A stretch of DNA of 64,000 nucleotides from Eledone cirrhosa (taxonomy: Eukaryota): the NCBI GenBank assembly GCA_964016885.1, contig OZ024742.1, positions 299,150,001-299,214,000 on the forward strand, given 5' to 3'. Below the pieces are notes generated by a model. The model ran no database searches. It was not told the origin of the DNA and was given only the letters and a program-made list of their open reading frames with translations. The translations under genes and the position numbers were made by a program. This document shows, in pieces, positions 61,495 through 64,000 of this stretch (the stretch's first letter is position 1; the number at the start of each line of letters is the position of its first letter).

Positions 61495-63585
61495 ACGCTC
61501 ATCAGAAAAATTAAGAGAACGAACAAAAAAATCAACAAGCTGAAATACTTTCAGCAGCAACACATCAACTTGACTGCCATTTCATCACTAGTGATTAAAA
61601 AACATAACCTCCAAAACAACATAATGTCCCTCATCAACAATCAGAGAAGAGCTGAAGAGGCCTGGGCCATTGAGAAGATCAAACTTAATCCCAAAGTGTT
61701 CTTTTCATTTGCAAAAAAACACAAAATCACTGGCTCTACTGTTGGCCCTCTAATTGATGAAAATGGCACTCTTCAAGACAATGCTAAAACCATGGGTGAG
61801 ATACTGCAGAAACAATACTGCTCTGTTTTCAGCAATCCTGATATGGCCGATCTGGGCTGTATCGGCGATGTTACTCCCCATTACACCTTATCGGACATAA
61901 CGTTTGGCGCCCCTGATGTCTTAGCGACAATAAAGGAAATCAAGCATAATTCAGCAGTAGGTCCCGATAGGTTCCCTGCTTGTGTCTTGAAGGCGTGTCA
62001 ACACCAACTTGCATCTCCTCTTGCCAATCTGTGGCGGAACTCACTGGATGCTGGATATGTGCCAGAAAACCTTCTATCCCAGTCTGTTGTCCCAGTTTTC
62101 AAAAAGGGAAACAAATCCCTTGCCGTGAATTACCGTCCAATCTCACTCACCTCTCATATCATTAAGGTATTTGAGAGAGTGGTGAGATCGCGAATGACCC
62201 ACTTCCTTGAGAGTAACAATATGCTGAACTCCAACCAGCATGGATTCCGTAATGGAAGGGATTGCCTGACGCAGCTACTGCATCACTTTGATGACATTTT
62301 GAGAGCCTTGGGAGAGGGATCCAACACTGATGTTATCTACCTTGATTTCAGCAAGGCCTTTGACAGGGTTGATCATAACATTCTACTGAGAAAGCTGTCC
62401 AATATTGGTGTCACTGGAAAGCTGCTGCAGTGGATCAAGAGCTTCCTGTCAAATAGAACCCAACATGTTGTAGTTGAAGGAGTCAAATCCAGCCCAGCCA
62501 AAGTCAGTAGTGGGGTCCCACAAGGCACTGTGTTGGGCCCACTTCTCTTCATCATCTATATTAATGACATCACTGACATCATCAAACACAGCAACATTAA
62601 AATTTTCGCTGATGATTCCAAGCTCCAAAAGGTCATCAATGGCGTGAATGACCGGATAAGCCTTCAGTCAGACCTACTGGCTGTTACCCAATGGGCGGAA
62701 AAGAACAACATGTTACTGAACGAAGACAAATTCGAACTGATCCACTTTGGAAAAGAGGATGCTCTGAAACTCCCGTACTCCCTTCCCTCCGGGGAAACTC
62801 TCGTGGCATCTAACAACATCAGAGACTTGGGAGTAACCGTGGACAGCAACATAAGCTGGGCCACGCATATAAGCAGCAAAGTTGACATGGCCCGCAGAAT
62901 GTGTTCCTGGATCCTCAGAACCTTCCAGTCGAGAGATTCCCACACCATTATCCTTCTCTTCTCTACTTTTGCCCGACCACACCTTGAATACTGTTGTCCA
63001 CTGTGGTCTCCCCACACGAAACAAAGTATCATGAAACTTGAAGCTCCTCAAAGGGCAATCACGAAAAAGATAGATGGCATGTCAGACCTTGACTACTGGG
63101 GTCGACTAGAAAACCTGAAACTTTACTCACTCCAACGTCGCCGTGAGCGTTATATTATCTGCATGATGTGGAAAATGTTCCATCATCACTGCCCAAATGA
63201 TGTTGGCATCGCCTTCAAGATACACCCAAGGCTTGGGCCCCATGCTATCCGTCCCATTCAAAAATCTAAATCGCAACTCATAAACAACAATACGGCACAA
63301 TTATTTCACCTCAATCGGCCCTGCTCTCTTCAACATCACGCCAGGACACGTCAAAACAGAAACTGACCACACAAAATTCAAGAAGTCTTTGGACAAATTC
63401 CTCCAAGTAATCCCGGACAAACCACCCACACCCGGATATGTCTCCGCAAACAGTAATTCTCTTCTCGAATGGGCCATGGTGCCCAAATCCCGAATTGAAA
63501 GACTTCGCCAGGTGGTGCTATTAAGTTAGACATGGCCTGGGCCAATACTGGCCAAAACATTTCAAAGTTATTCAAAGTTAGTTAC
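61495..63585 (+). mobile_element. 5'-truncated CR1-clade LINE with near-intact RT domain
   Basis: [82 protein letters not shown]. One frameshift near 63283, after which the natural C-terminus (..FKKSLDKFLQVIPDKP..NSLLEW) runs to a stop at ~63529. No endonuclease domain. Confidence 0.95.
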
Positions 63586-63603
63586 ATATATATATATATA
63601 TAC

Positions 63604-63654
<51 letters not shown>

Positions 63655-63856
63655 AGTATGTATACGTACATACATATATGTATACAGACGTACAGTAGTA
63701 TGTATATACATACATGCACACATATATATATATGTACGTATGGATTCACCGAACATTTATTATAATGCTCGGTGTGTTTGTAAACAAACATCCCGAATTA
63801 AGCCGTACAGTGTCTAGCAACCATCGTTGCTCATTTGTTTAACCCTGACAAAGGAA

Positions 63857-63897
63857 CGCTGTACTAGTTTCAAGCTTATTAGCTATCGTCAGCAACG
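63857..63897 (-). ncRNA. Type I hammerhead motif
   Basis: cgttg-CTGACGA-t-agct-aata-agct-t-GAAA-ctag-TA-cagcg, with a U-U closing pair at the helix II base. Confidence 0.7.
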
Positions 63898-64000
63898 TAT
63901 ACCTTTCTGCCAGATGATTGAACGTCTGAAAGTATATATTTTCCTTATGCATATTAACGGCTGAGCAGCCTAATTTGCATATCGAGTGAGTTAATCGGCC

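Overview
AT-rich eukaryotic repeat DNA. I found no host protein-coding gene that I can support. The tRNA-derived SINE families and extreme (TA)n/(CA)n load suggest an octopod cephalopod (inference). Nearly all ORFs in the track are microsatellite artefacts (YIYI...). Real coding remnants are all retroelements: Penelope-like elements (PLEs; 4.1-6.7 kb, 18.8-19.4 kb, 39.6-40.8 kb, 49.3-50.1 kb), CRE-like and R4/Dong-like RLE non-LTR elements, an RTE LINE remnant and a near-intact 5'-truncated CR1-clade RT. The main result is a dense set of type I hammerhead ribozyme (HHR) motifs from about ten unrelated short element families. Most have palindromic helix III, many sit in long inverted repeats or tandem repeats, and most are embedded in (TA)n. 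The best cases are two identical canonical HHRs 468 bp apart (54965, 55433), a well-formed HHR repeated in a ~1.7 kb composite tandem unit (58220, 59897), and an inverted pair with cores on both strands (28914-29282). A 608-bp bipartite RTE-derived non-autonomous element is present in 4 copies. All folds were done by eye, and element boundaries are approximate unless a TSD is given.
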